Shown here piece by piece: positions 49,483 to 61,410 of a stretch of 64,000 nt of DNA. The translations under genes and the position numbers were made by a program. The first letter of the stretch is position 1; each line of letters opens with the position of its first letter. The notes under the pieces were generated by a model that was not told where the DNA came from, did not search any database, and was given only the letters and a program-made list of their open reading frames with translations. The DNA comes from Octopus sinensis (Eukaryota), in contig NC_043010.1 of assembly GCF_006345805.1 (NCBI RefSeq), positions 26,474,001 to 26,538,000 on the forward strand. The letters are read 5' to 3'.

Positions 49483-50321
49483 TATGTACACATGTATTTA
49501 TATGTTTGTCTTCGCACTTGATCCACTGGTTTGTTTATTTCTTTAGAGACTGATAGAATAAGTCTCTTTAAAATAGGTGCTCCGGCATGGCAAGTGTCCA
49601 ATGACTAAAACAAGTAGAAAGCAGCAATATTTAATGTCCTGCTTCCATACTGGTATGGGTTGGATGGTTCAACAGGATTTCACAAATTGTAGAACAACAT
49701 TGCAGTCCAAAATTTCCTTTGGCATGGTTTCTACACACACACACACACCTCCCTCATACATTTCTATATATCCATCTACCTATCAAACTGTCTCTATGTC
49801 TCTCTCTTTATATATATGTGAGTGTGTGTGAATGTGTGTGCACATATATATGTATATTTATATATATACTAGCAGAGTTACCTGAGTTACATACAATTGA
49901 AGAATTAGACTTTTCTGTTATATTTTCTGTAATGAACTGGAATACCTATGTTTCGAATTTCATCAAAATTGCAAATGAGGGTTATTTCCCTCTTTACACA
50001 CCCAAACAAAATAGTAATCGTGCCACATATATCCCATACTACTGATTTTTATGCGCATATTCCAAAATTCCAGTCTTATAGAACCTGTTAAAAGGATTTT
50101 GCTCCTGAAAAATGGAGGTCATGGAGCTCTAAAATGTGAGAGTTAAGGCCCCTGTTGGTGGTGGGTGTCTTAATGTCAACCAGAGAAGTTGAATTGTTGA
50201 GAATCTTTTTAACTTGGGTCTTATATCTATTGTTTGAATTTTTTTGAAATAGGAAATATATGTTCACTGGGTCTGTAAAAGAGAGCAAAGCTACATGAAA
50301 CCAAAAGACGAATGATCACAA

Positions 50322-50655
50322 TAAGCAGTCATGGTTTCGGGTTCAGTCCCACTGCATGGCACCTTGGGCAAGTGTCTTCTACTATAGCCTCGGGCTGACC
50401 AAAGCTTTGTGAGTGGATTTGGTAGATGAAAACTGAAAGAAGCCCGTCGTATATATGTATATATATGTATGTGTGTGTATATGTTTGTGTGTCTGGTGTG
50501 TTTACATCCCCGTAACTTTGCAGTTCAGCAAAAGAGAATGATAGAATAAGTACTAGGCTTCCAAAGAATAAGTCCTGGGGTCGATTTTCTCAGCTAAAGG
50601 CGGTGCTCTAGCATGGCCACAATGAAATGACTGAAATAAGTAAAGGAGAAAAAAG
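50322..50655 (+). mobile_element. SINE family A (internally deleted)
   Basis: Match to 16330-16723. Confidence 0.8.
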
Positions 50656-50717
50656 ACAGAAATATATATGTATACACATACATATTGGCTAAACTGGCAA
50701 AATGACCATTCCTAAAT

Positions 50718-50759
<42 letters not shown>

Positions 50760-50789
50760 ACTGGTGACCATCAACTTTGGTGACGTGCT

Positions 50790-51235
50790 GTGCTTGAGAG
50801 GGCCCATCAGCTCAAGTGCACCAATGTTGGTGGCACACAATGAACATTATTTGAATGTTGGCCCTCACAAAGGCAAAGTGGCTGAGTTCCTTTTGAGTAT
50901 TGGACCTCACGGACCAAGGCTTTTGGCATTATGACATATTTGGGAAGAAGATCCATCAAGCTGAGCAAAATTGCAGTTGTGGCAGATACTGGCGTCATGC
51001 AAAGTGGCATGTAAACGCACCCCGGTGTCATGCAAATGGTACCCATGCCAGTGGCACGTAGAAGCACCCATTACACTCTCAGAGTGGTGGGTGTTAGGGA
51101 GGGCATCTAGCCACAGAAAACCATGCCAAATCAGACTGGAGTCTGGTGCACCCTTCCAACCCAGTCAAACCATCCAGCCCATGCAAGCATGGACAACGGA
51201 CATTAAATGACAATGATGATGACGATGATGATGAT
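50790..51235 (+). mobile_element. RTE-type 3' UTR copy
   Basis: Same modules as 14930-15400; (GAT)n tail. Confidence 0.65.
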
Positions 51236-51441
51236 TATATATATATATATGCAAAATGATGTATATATATGTATATTTATATTAATAAATCTATTTATCC
51301 ATAGGCAACCAGTAGCATACATGACATTTTAAGAGAAAATTAATAGTTATGTAGTTATAATTAAATATACAAGTAAAAATATAATATTAATGGGCGTATA
51401 TGAGTATGTATGTATCTAGCTCTCTCTATATAAGTACATCC

Positions 51442-51477
<36 letters not shown>

Positions 51478-51809
51478 CAATATATGTACAAATTTATGAA
51501 AATATATAGATGTATACATACGTAAGTATATATATATATATGTATATATATGTGTATATATGTATGTATGGATGGATGGATGACTGTATAAAAGCAGGAG
51601 TGTTATCTATTTTGTTATGCCATATTTCTCATTGGCTCTATAAATACATATGATGAAGAGGGAAAGGAAATCCTTTGAGAGGAATTCTGAAGATCCATTC
51701 ATCATTCTAGGATACTCACTCTACTAGAAACTTTTGTTGAAATAACCATTTTTTTTTGCTTGCTTGATTTTGTTTTTGGTTTATTTCTTTGTCACTATTA
51801 TTATTATTA

Positions 51810-51868
<59 letters not shown>

Positions 51869-52279
51869 TTAATTTTTTTATTTTATTTATTTATTATTAT
51901 TTTTGTTCATATGCTATGATTGGAAGTGTTTAATTACCTGATTTGTCTGTCCATTTGCTTGTCTGTCCTGTCTTGCTCTCCATGTTGCATCCCCACCACC
52001 TCTATCTATCCCTCTTTCTTTCTTTCCTTCTACTCATGCACGTAAAGAGATGTGAGTGCCTAGAGACAAATGCATATTGAAACACAATATGCTTTCTCTA
52101 TCTTCCTCTCTCTCTCCCTCTTTCTCTTTCTTTCTCTCTCTCTCTCTCTCACTTACGCTCACACACACATGCTGGCATACATCACATACACTCAGACACT
52201 AATACACACACATACACCTCCCCCCACACATGGAGGTAAAAATAACTCTGAAATTTTTCTCATTACCTATGTTGCTATA

Positions 52280-52327
<48 letters not shown>

Positions 52328-52377
52328 ATATATATTATATATATATATATATATATGTATGTATATATATATGTATG

Positions 52378-52417
<40 letters not shown>

Positions 52418-52914
52418 TGTATATATATATATATACACATATATTTATATGTATTTATATATAGCCACATATATAAACATATATGCTTGAGCTAGAAGAA
52501 CTGTTAGCATTTTGGAGAAAATGCTTAGTGGCATTTTCTTTGTCTCTAAAATTCTGAGCTGAGTTCAGATTCTGCCATGGCCATCTTTGCCTTTCATTCT
52601 TCCAGATCAATAAATCAAGTACCAGTCATGTATGAGGGGAAGGGAGGGGGCTGCTCAGTATAATTGACTTACCTCGCTCCTCAAAAACTGCTGGCTTTGA
52701 GCAAACTTTTGAAGCCATTATTATTAATATTATTATTGTACAAGGCTGCAAGCTGGCAAAACCAATAGCATGCCAGACAAATCATTAACGTGTCATTGGG
52801 GTCAACTTTGTTTTTCCATAACAAGATTAGTACCAGCTGTGCACTGAGGTTGATGTAATTGATTAGATCTCTCCTCCAAACTTTTAAGGAATGCATTGCA
52901 CCCATAATAGAAAG

Positions 52915-52922
52915 GATTATTA

Positions 52923-52968
<46 letters not shown>

Positions 52969-53003
52969 CATTATTATTATTATTATCATTATTATTATTA
53001 TTA

Positions 53004-53055
<52 letters not shown>

Positions 53056-53122
53056 CATTATTATTATTATTATCATTATTATTATTATTATCATTATTAT
53101 TATTATTATCATTATTATTATT
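52915..53122. repeat. (ATT)n/(ATC) microsatellite
   Basis: Direct inspection. Confidence 0.95.
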
Positions 53123-53345
53123 AAAAAGGCAGCGAGATGGCAGAATCATTAGCATGCTGGACAAAATGCTTAGCAGTAATTTCGCCTGTCGTTTCGTTCT
53201 GAGTTCAAATTCTGCCGAGGTCGACTTTGCCTTTCATCTTTTCAAGGTCAATAAATTAAGCACCAGTTAAACACTGGGGTTGATATAATCAATTAGTCCC
53301 CTCCTTCCATATTTGAGGCCTTGTGCCTCCAGTAGAAAGGATTAT
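53123..53345 (+). mobile_element. SINE family B
   Basis: ggcagcgagatggcagaatc head, gagttcaaattc B-box, tail gccttgtgcctccagtagaaaggattatt. Confidence 0.85.
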
Positions 53346-53352
53346 TATTATT

Positions 53353-56300
53353 GGAGTAATCGCATCAGGTCGTCTAGATCGTACTTAGATAGAGTGTTCT
53401 GTAGGCCAGCGGATAAGAACAGCATAGGGTGTCCACAATTCCACCTAGTCGACTACAAGGACCACAAATTCGTGATCTGTACGGTTGACTTAGATAGGCT
53501 ACATAGACAGGGACCCAGCTACTGGAAGCCTCCAGAGACCGGATTAGTTTATTAGTTAAACGGGTGCTCACAGGGGCAATCATCAACAATAACTGGTGGT
53601 TTGCCCTCAAGAGAGCAATTAGAGCAGAGTCAATTAGGTTTAGTAAGGCTCTAGCTGTAGAATGTAGGAAAACAGAGTGGGATTTAGTTAGAAAACTAGA
53701 CGAGGCTCTTGAGACAGGCATCGCAACTGATGTGTTGGTGGCTAGGTTGGCCTTCGACCAACACTTTGACGCCAAACACGAAGGCTGTGTTGTCAGAGCT
53801 AAGGTGCGTTCACTAAGCGGGGAGGGGACTAAGGCCACTCGATGGTGGCAGAGGCGAAGCATGGCAACAAAGTGACCATTCGGTCTTTGGTGAACCAGAA
53901 CGGGTGCGAGGTTTCCGAACCAAAGCAGATGTATGTGGTGTTTCAACGGCACTTTGCTCAACTGTTTGGGACGAACGGCGGGATGGACAATGGTGCAGAT
54001 TTCGGTGTGTACCTGGACAGCCTACCGCAACTCTTGGACAGCCAGGCGGAGTGCTGCAAAAGGCCGATATCTGCCTGGGAAGTGGAGGAAGTGATGAAAA
54101 GCTGCACGAGAGGTAGATCGCCGGGTTTGGATGGTCTGCCCTACGAGCTTTACACTTCAATGCCAGACTTGTTTGCGGGCCTCTTGGCAAACATCTACTG
54201 CAACTGGCAGCAAAACGAGAGAATTCATGCTTTTGTTTGTTGAGGAGTGGTGGCTTTTCTGAGAAAGGGCCCAAACATGGGGGACATTATAGGGAACTTT
54301 TGGCCCATCACTCTGCTGAATGCAGAGTTGAAGATTTTGGCCAAGGTGTTAGCCAAGAGATTGGCGCTTGTTGTGGACAAGCTGATTGGCAAGGCGCAGA
54401 CATGCGCTGTGCCAACCAGGTCGATACGCGATAATATCCATCTCATGCGCTACATGATAGGGAGGGTGGGTAACGACGCTGGTGCAGGTGGGGCTTTGAT
54501 CAATTTAGATCAGAGTAAAGCCTTTGATAGGGTCGACCATCAAGCAGCTGTTCTCAAGGCAGCCGGCTTCAGTCCATTCTTCCGCGGTTGGATCGCTGCT
54601 TTATACAGCAACATCTGCTCAGTGATACGGGTGAACGGTCACCTTTCAGAGCCATTTGACATCTCGTGTTCGGTCCGCCAAGGATGCCCTCTCTCATCCC
54701 TCTTGTACTTATTGACTCTTGAACCATTACTGTGCAAGTTGGAGGCTTTGAGGGGTATCATGCACGATCTAGGAAATGGAAACACCGTGTCTGCCTATGC
54801 CGACGACGCCACCATGATAGTGTCAAGCCACAGGCACATTGACCTGATCGGCAAGACGCTGAACGAACATGAAACGGTGATATGGGGCAAAAATTAACGC
54901 GGAAAAGTCCGTGGGCTTGCAACTAGGCACCTGGAGAGGCAAGTCCATGCCATCCAACAGCGTTGTAGGGCGCTGGACAGACGGACCCGTTAAACTGCTC
55001 CGGGTCTGTTTCGGTCCAGACCTCCAGGTGGATAAAAGCTGGGAAAAAGTGATGAGCAGGGTGGCCAATCTCACCCAGAAATGGGCTGAGAGGAAGCTGT
55101 CCCTGAAAGGTCGAGCAGAGGTGACGAATGCGTACATCGCATCCGTCATCTATTACCTATTTCTTTATTACCCACAAGGAGCTACACACAAAGGGGACAA
55201 ACAAGGACAGACATAGGTATTAAGTCGATTACATCGACCCCAGTGCGTAACTGGTACTTAATTTATCGACCCCGAAAGGATGAAAGGCAAAGTCAACCTT
55301 GGCGGAATTTGAACTCACAACGTAATGCAGACGAAATACCGCTAAGCATTTCGCCCGGCGTGCTAACGTTTCTGCCAGCTCACTGCTTGACCGTTGTCCC
55401 TTGTCCAGACCGCTGGTTGTCCAAGCTGGTACGTTTGCTCTTCGACTTTTTGTGGAAGGGTCAGGTACCACTGGTCAGGCGATCCATCTGCTATCAACGA
55501 CCGCTGAATGGAGGCCTTGGCATTCCGTGGCTACTGATGCGCAGATTTGCGCTCAGGCTACGGAATCTCAAGCGTTTCCTAGACGGTGAACAGGTGTGGT
55601 CGTCTTTTGTCAGAGGTGACTTTCCGCAGCTCGTCTCTTTGACAGAGCTGCAAACCTGGATCAAACACAGACTGAGAAAGGGCGTTTGGTACCTTGAGTA
55701 CCGTCAAGCTCTCTCCACCCTCCGCCAAGCGGGCAATGTGATCGGTAGTAGTTCCACTCTAGCGTTCTATAGTGGGTTAATGGAAGAAAAGTGCGACAAC
55801 GTTCTCGGGGAAACTCTAGGCGTTGACAATAATGAGCTGAGCAGTTTGTTCGGAAGGACTTTCGGGCCAGGGCCAATGGATAATTTCCAAAGGTCCCTCG
55901 CCTGGCAGTGTTACCGAGGGACTCTGCCTGTTCAAGATAAACTCTACCGGCACGGAAGTGCCATCAAGCGGGCCTGCCCGAGGTGTGCTCAGGACGACGA
56001 AACCATTCTGCACACACTCGTCCAGTGTCCGAGCATTGCTGAACTATGAGTTTATGTTGAACAGCTACTGTCATGTATAGGACGGATCCGGCTATCAGCT
56101 GAATCCATAGTGAGGATTGCCCTGCCGACCTCCTTCAACCGGGAGGGCAAGGGAGTTTTCCTTTGCCTAGTGGCTGTAGCGAAAGAGGTGGTATGGTGGA
56201 CCCGTTTGAAAGGGCTAAGGTCAGACACTTTCCTCTTTGGTCCAGGCCTCATTAACTTTTTCAAGTTTCACTTGAAAAGGAAGGTGAGAGTAGAGAGGGA

Positions 56301-56651
56301 AGTGCTTCCGATGGCAAGTTTACTGAAAGGTGGATAAACGTCGCAAGAATGGCCAGTATGAAAGGAGCCATTCTGAGGATACACCTGTAGAAAAAAAGGT
56401 ATTACAAAAGGAGAAAGGGGCTCTCTACCCCGCTTTTGACCAGGCTCCCATGGCTTTTATGGGTTTTTCCACCAGGAACCTTTCAAAGTGCCTCCCCCTA
56501 TTGGGAGTTTTTCATTGTTATATTTTCATTATTAAACTGTTTTTTACTTGGATTTTACAAACGGACAAAACCCTTTGTAACATTCGTCCTGTGTTTTGTC
56601 CCTTTATGTTATAATTAATTTTTGTCAGCCCTTGTGGCCAATAAAAGAATT
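53353..56651 (+). mobile_element. L1/Tx1-clade LINE, 5'-truncated in the APE domain, frameshifted, in (ATT)n
   Basis: SYLDRVFC..DHKFV..SYWK; SPGLDGLPYELY; PITLLNAELKILAK; LDQSKAFDRVDH; RQGCPLS; YADD; GGLG; CPRC..ETILH..QC; 3' end cccttgtggccaataaaagaa. Confidence 0.95.
55158..55384 (-). mobile_element. SINE family B inserted into Tx1 ORF2, with a Tx1-like 3' tail
   Basis: Removing it restores YIASVIYYRLTVVPCP; tail GTCCTTGTTTGTCCCCTTTGTGTGTAGCTCCTTGTGGGTAATAAAGAAATA. Confidence 0.85.
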
Positions 56652-56659
56652 TATTATTA

Positions 56660-56703
<44 letters not shown>

Positions 56704-56706
<3 letters not shown>

Positions 56707-57101
56707 TAGTTTTATTTTTATAGCATGCTTTCACTTCACTACCGAGCGCAGCTCTGTGTGCCTTGGGTATGTGCTGTGGTTTGTTGTGATGCTCTGATGG
56801 TTATTGTATGGAAAGTGTTCTGCGTAGGATGTGTGCAGTGCCTAGTAGTGCAATTTTCTGTATGTTATATGTGTTTGTAAGTCCTGGTGTTTTTGTTACG
56901 TATTTGTCTGAATATTTTTTTATCATGCCTAATGCACCTACTATGATAGGAATTGTTTCTGTTTTCAGATCCACATTCTAGTTACCTCTATTTCCAGGTC
57001 TTTGTATTTTGAGAGTTTCTCCATTTCTTTTAGAGACACGTTGTCATCTGCCGGTATTGATACATCAATTAGAAAGCATTTTTTTTCTTCATGATCTCTG
57101 A

Positions 57102-57102
<1 letters not shown>
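56704..57102 (-). mobile_element. Short 5'-truncated R4/Dong-like copy (same subfamily as 38441-39332)
   Basis: RDHEEKKCFLIDVSIPADDNVSLKEMEKLSKYKDLEIEVTRMW; near-identical 3' UTR; (AAT)n on both sides. Confidence 0.9.
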
Positions 57103-57152
<50 letters not shown>

Positions 57153-57161
57153 TACTATTAC

Positions 57162-57206
<45 letters not shown>

Positions 57207-57215
57207 TACTATTAC

Positions 57216-57269
<54 letters not shown>

Positions 57270-57292
57270 TATTATTATTATTATTATTATTA

Positions 57293-57733
57293 AGGTGGTG
57301 AGCTGGAAGAATTGTTTGCATGCCAGGCGAAATGCTTAGCAGTATTTCCTCCATCTCTACGTTCTGAGTTCAAATTCCACCAAGGTCAACTTTGCCTTTC
57401 ATCCTTTTGGGGTCAATAAAATAAGTACCAGTGAACCACTGGGGTCGATGTAATCGTCTAGTCCCCTCTCCCAAATTTCAAGGCTTGTGTCTTTGGTAGA
57501 AAGGATTATTATTATTATTAAAGCAGTGAACTGGTGGAATGGTTAGCATGCCAGGCGAAAGGCTTAGCAGAGTTTCACTCATCACTATGTTCAGAGTTCA
57601 AATTCTGCTAAGGTCAACTTTACCTTTCATCCTTTTGGGGTCAATAAATTAAGTACCAGTGAAACACTGGGGTCGATGTAATCGACTTATCCCCTTGCCC
57701 CAAAATTGCTGCTCTTGTGGCAAAATTTGAAAC

Positions 57734-57772
<39 letters not shown>

Positions 57773-57975
57773 AGTATCGAGCTGGCAGAATCATTAGCGC
57801 ATCAGACAAAATGCTTAGAGTATTTCGTCCGTCATTATGTTCTAAGTTCAAATTCCACTGAGGTCTACTTTACCTTTCACAATAAATTAAGTACCAGTGA
57901 AACACTAGGGTTGATGCAATTGATGCATCCCCCTGTCCTGAAAGTGTTGCCCTTGTGGCAAAATTTGAAGCCAGA
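57293..57975 (+). mobile_element. Three tandem SINE family B copies separated by (ATT)n
   Basis: Heads at ~57293, ~57520 and ~57772. Confidence 0.85.
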
Positions 57976-58692
57976 AGACCTGGGATGAAGTGCTGAAGCA
58001 CAACCTTTGAACATTAGGCCTCACCGAAGCAATGACTAGTGACAGAAACTTTTGGAAATATGCTGTGCTTGAGAAGACCCAGCAAGCCAAATGAGATCAT
58101 AACCTCATGGCCTATGCCAGGGGTGTAACCAGCCCACTTATACATACCTTTCCTTCATTGGACACAAAACTCTGCTTGCGAAGAACTCTGTTGAGGCAAG
58201 TGAAATCAAAATCAAATTCGATGACTGGCATCCGTGCTAGTGGAGCGCTAAGAGCACCATCCGAGCATGATCGTTGCCAGAGCAGCTAACTGGCTTCCGT
58301 GCCGGTGGCACATAAAAAGCACCATTTGAGTATGATCGTACCAACGTTGCCTTACCGGTACTTGTGCCAGTGGCACGTGAAAAAACATTCGAGTGAGGTC
58401 GTTGCCAGTGCCGCTGGACTGGCTCCTGTGCAGGTGGCTCATAAAAAACACCACTTGAGTGTGGCCGTTTCCAGTACTGCATGACTGGCCCTCATGCCGG
58501 TGGCATGTAAAAGCACCCACTACACTCTCGGAGTGGCTGGCATTAGGAAGAGCATCCAGCTGTAGAAACTCTGCCAGATCAAGATTGGAGCCTGGTACAG
58601 CCATCTGGTTTGCCAGTCCTCAGTCAAATCATCCAACCCATGCTAGCATGGAAAGCGGACGTTAAACAATGATGATGATGATGATGATGATT
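57975..58692 (+). mobile_element. RTE 3' end with four ~64-bp subrepeats and (GAT)n tail
   Basis: Colinear with 20640-21335. Confidence 0.85.
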
Positions 58693-60575
58693 AAGGCGTT
58701 GAGCTGGCAGAATTGTGAGCACAGTGGGTGAAATGCTAATGTGTGTGTGTGTATGTGTGTGTGTGTCTGTGTGTCTATGTGTCTGTGTGCGTGTGTCTGT
58801 ATGTGTGTATGCATGTGTATGCGCGCGTGCGTGTGTGTGTATACCCCTTGTCTTGATATTATGCAAAGATGGTAAATAAACATCATCAATAAACAAATGA
58901 TGCTGTCCATCTCCAGTCTCCAGCCTTCCATGAAAAACATGTCTGGCCTTGGGGAAATATTGTTCTACTTGGAAACGGGTGAGGGTTGGCAACAGGAAGG
59001 GCAACCAGTCATAAAAGAACTACTTCAAGAAATTCCATCTGACCCATGCAGGCATGGAAAAGTTGATGTTAAACCAAACAAGGCCCAATTCACTTGGATG
59101 AAAATAGGCCCCACTTTGCAGAAAACAACTAACCTTTGGAAGAATTAACAGTCCAGGGGAATTCTTAAATGGCTTTTCAGTTTCAAATCAGAGCCTACTA
59201 TGACCCTTAAATGAACCCTTAGCTCTAATTATGGCCTGCCTTTATCTGACTGTTATTTCTAGCAGTTTGAGCAGCCAGTAGCGGGGATTTCCTTTATGTT
59301 TTTGTCATGTTTTCTTCTTTATTTCGTTTTTGGATTTGGTTTGCAAGATTCTTTATATGAGTTCGTGTGTTGAAGCATATTCTGTTGGGTCTGAGGAGAG
59401 TCATTCTCTTTTAATGCCTTATAATGTAACACACTCACCGGTAAAATTTCCATGCATTTCTTATTTTTATTTTCCTAAAATTTTTGTTGCGTTTTGCAAC
59501 CTTTTCAATCATTTTGACTCTGTCCGTTATTTAGACTGCATTCCCAATTGTTTGTTTGTGCACATGTGTGTGGGTCAGTGTGTGTGTGTGTGCCTATACA
59601 TGCATGCATGTACGTATGTATGTATGTGCATGTTTGCATGCGTATGTATGTATATATGTGTGTATGTATATGTATATATGTATTTATGTGTGTGCATCTG
59701 TATGTACGTACCCTGCATATTTATGTGCTTGCATGTCCGTGTTTGTGTATTTTATATGTATGTGTGTGTGTTAGCATGTGTTTGTATATGTATGCACCTC
59801 TGTCTCCTTGTGTGTGTGTGTGTGTTATGCAACTATGTACCATGTTTGTATGTATAGATGTGCATTTTTATATGTGTGGATCCATGTCTCCATATGTGTC
59901 TGTTCTTATAGCCTATGTCTGTCTATATGTTGATCTGTTTATTTTCATATCTATATGCTTACATACATTAAAAAAAAGGGGCATGCACACGCACACTCAC
60001 ACTCTTACACACATACATACATTTATCTAACTAACAGTCCACTAACTATTCTACTCTACCTGTGTAAACTGTGGGTATGGAGGTATGGTATTTATTGTGC
60101 ATATTTCCTATTTAGTATTGGGGAGGTTTCATTTATATGGACGTACTCCAGTATTTGTCTGAGTGTTGGATCTTTTGGGTGCTTGGATAAGATGCGGATG
60201 ATTGGTTAATTGGTTTAAAATATTAACGAGCTGTCATTAAAAGTTGACTGAAAAATGATGGGAATGATATTTTTCTGTAATTGCTCAGTTCCCCACCCCA
60301 ACTCTAACATCCCACCCCCCATGCACTCATACATACATACACATGCATACATACATGCATGCATACACACACATGGAAATATATATACGCACATACATAC
60401 ACATATACATACACATATATGCACATACATACACATATATACACACACATAATACACATACACACATATATATACACACATACAAGCATACATACATACA
60501 TACATACATACATACATACATACATACAAACACACATGCATGCATACATACATACATACATACATACATACACAC

Positions 60576-60630
<55 letters not shown>

Positions 60631-60635
60631 CATAC

Positions 60636-60736
60636 CCTGTTGTTGATGTTGAAATTCCAACCTAGGAACCTTGGATCTAGGTTAGAAACCGGTTCTTTCT
60701 CTATTGGCAAGAAATTTTGAAATAAAAGGAAAAATT
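60636..60736 (+). mobile_element. Short 3'-end copy of the (ACAT)n-embedded R4-like family
   Basis: ggaaccttggatctaggttagaaaccggttctttctctattggcaagaa; (ACAT)n on both sides. Confidence 0.65.
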
Positions 60737-61282
60737 ACATACATACAGACAGACGTGCATGCATACATACATACATAACACACATGCATGCATACATACA
60801 TACATATACATACATACATACATACATTAACGCCCTCAATTCACACCCATTTGTAGAGTCACCTTTTGGCCTTTATCCTCTTCGCACATAACAATTCTCA
60901 CCAATTTCCCAGAAAACAATAAACAAAAAAAAAACCCATGAAATAAATGTAGAAAAACAGGGCTTCACTTTGGCAGTTGGTCAGTGGACTGGGGCCTTGA
61001 TTGCTGGTGTGTTTTATTGGGATCGGTAATTGGAATCAGTAAGGTCATTAACTTAAGGTCACATATTGTGAATTGCAGAAGACACTGACATTAAAACAAA
61101 ACAACAAAAGAACTATAACAAAACAATAACAACAGCAACAACAACAAAAGCTCATGACAAATTTTAAACATAGGACTGTTTTTTACAATTATTTCTCACT
61201 GGGGCTTTCAAAAATCCCCCAAAACAACAAAAACTGTGAGACAGAGGGAAGTAATTTCATTAAGAAATTGGTTTTTACCTTA

Positions 61283-61302
61283 TCTATCTATCTATCTATC
61301 TA

Positions 61303-61379
<77 letters not shown>

Positions 61380-61410
61380 TTATCTATCTGTCTATCTGTC
61401 TATCTGTCTA
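61283..61410. repeat. (TCTA)n/(TCTG)n microsatellite
   Basis: Direct inspection. Confidence 0.95.

Noticed and set aside
51640-51745. Two partial CUGANGA/GAAA motifs (also 11028-11070)
   Set aside because: Stem II pairing is too weak to call; possibly very old remnants.
58268-58525. Regularly spaced repeats resembling a CRISPR array (also 20890-21175)
   Set aside because: Whole units are homologous with no unique spacers, there are no cas genes, and they lie in an RTE 3' UTR in a eukaryotic context.
60961-61030. GFTLAVGQWTGALIAGVFYWD, reminiscent of an aquaporin-like helix
   Set aside because: Purine-rich, poor acceptor; very short; no supporting neighbouring exons.
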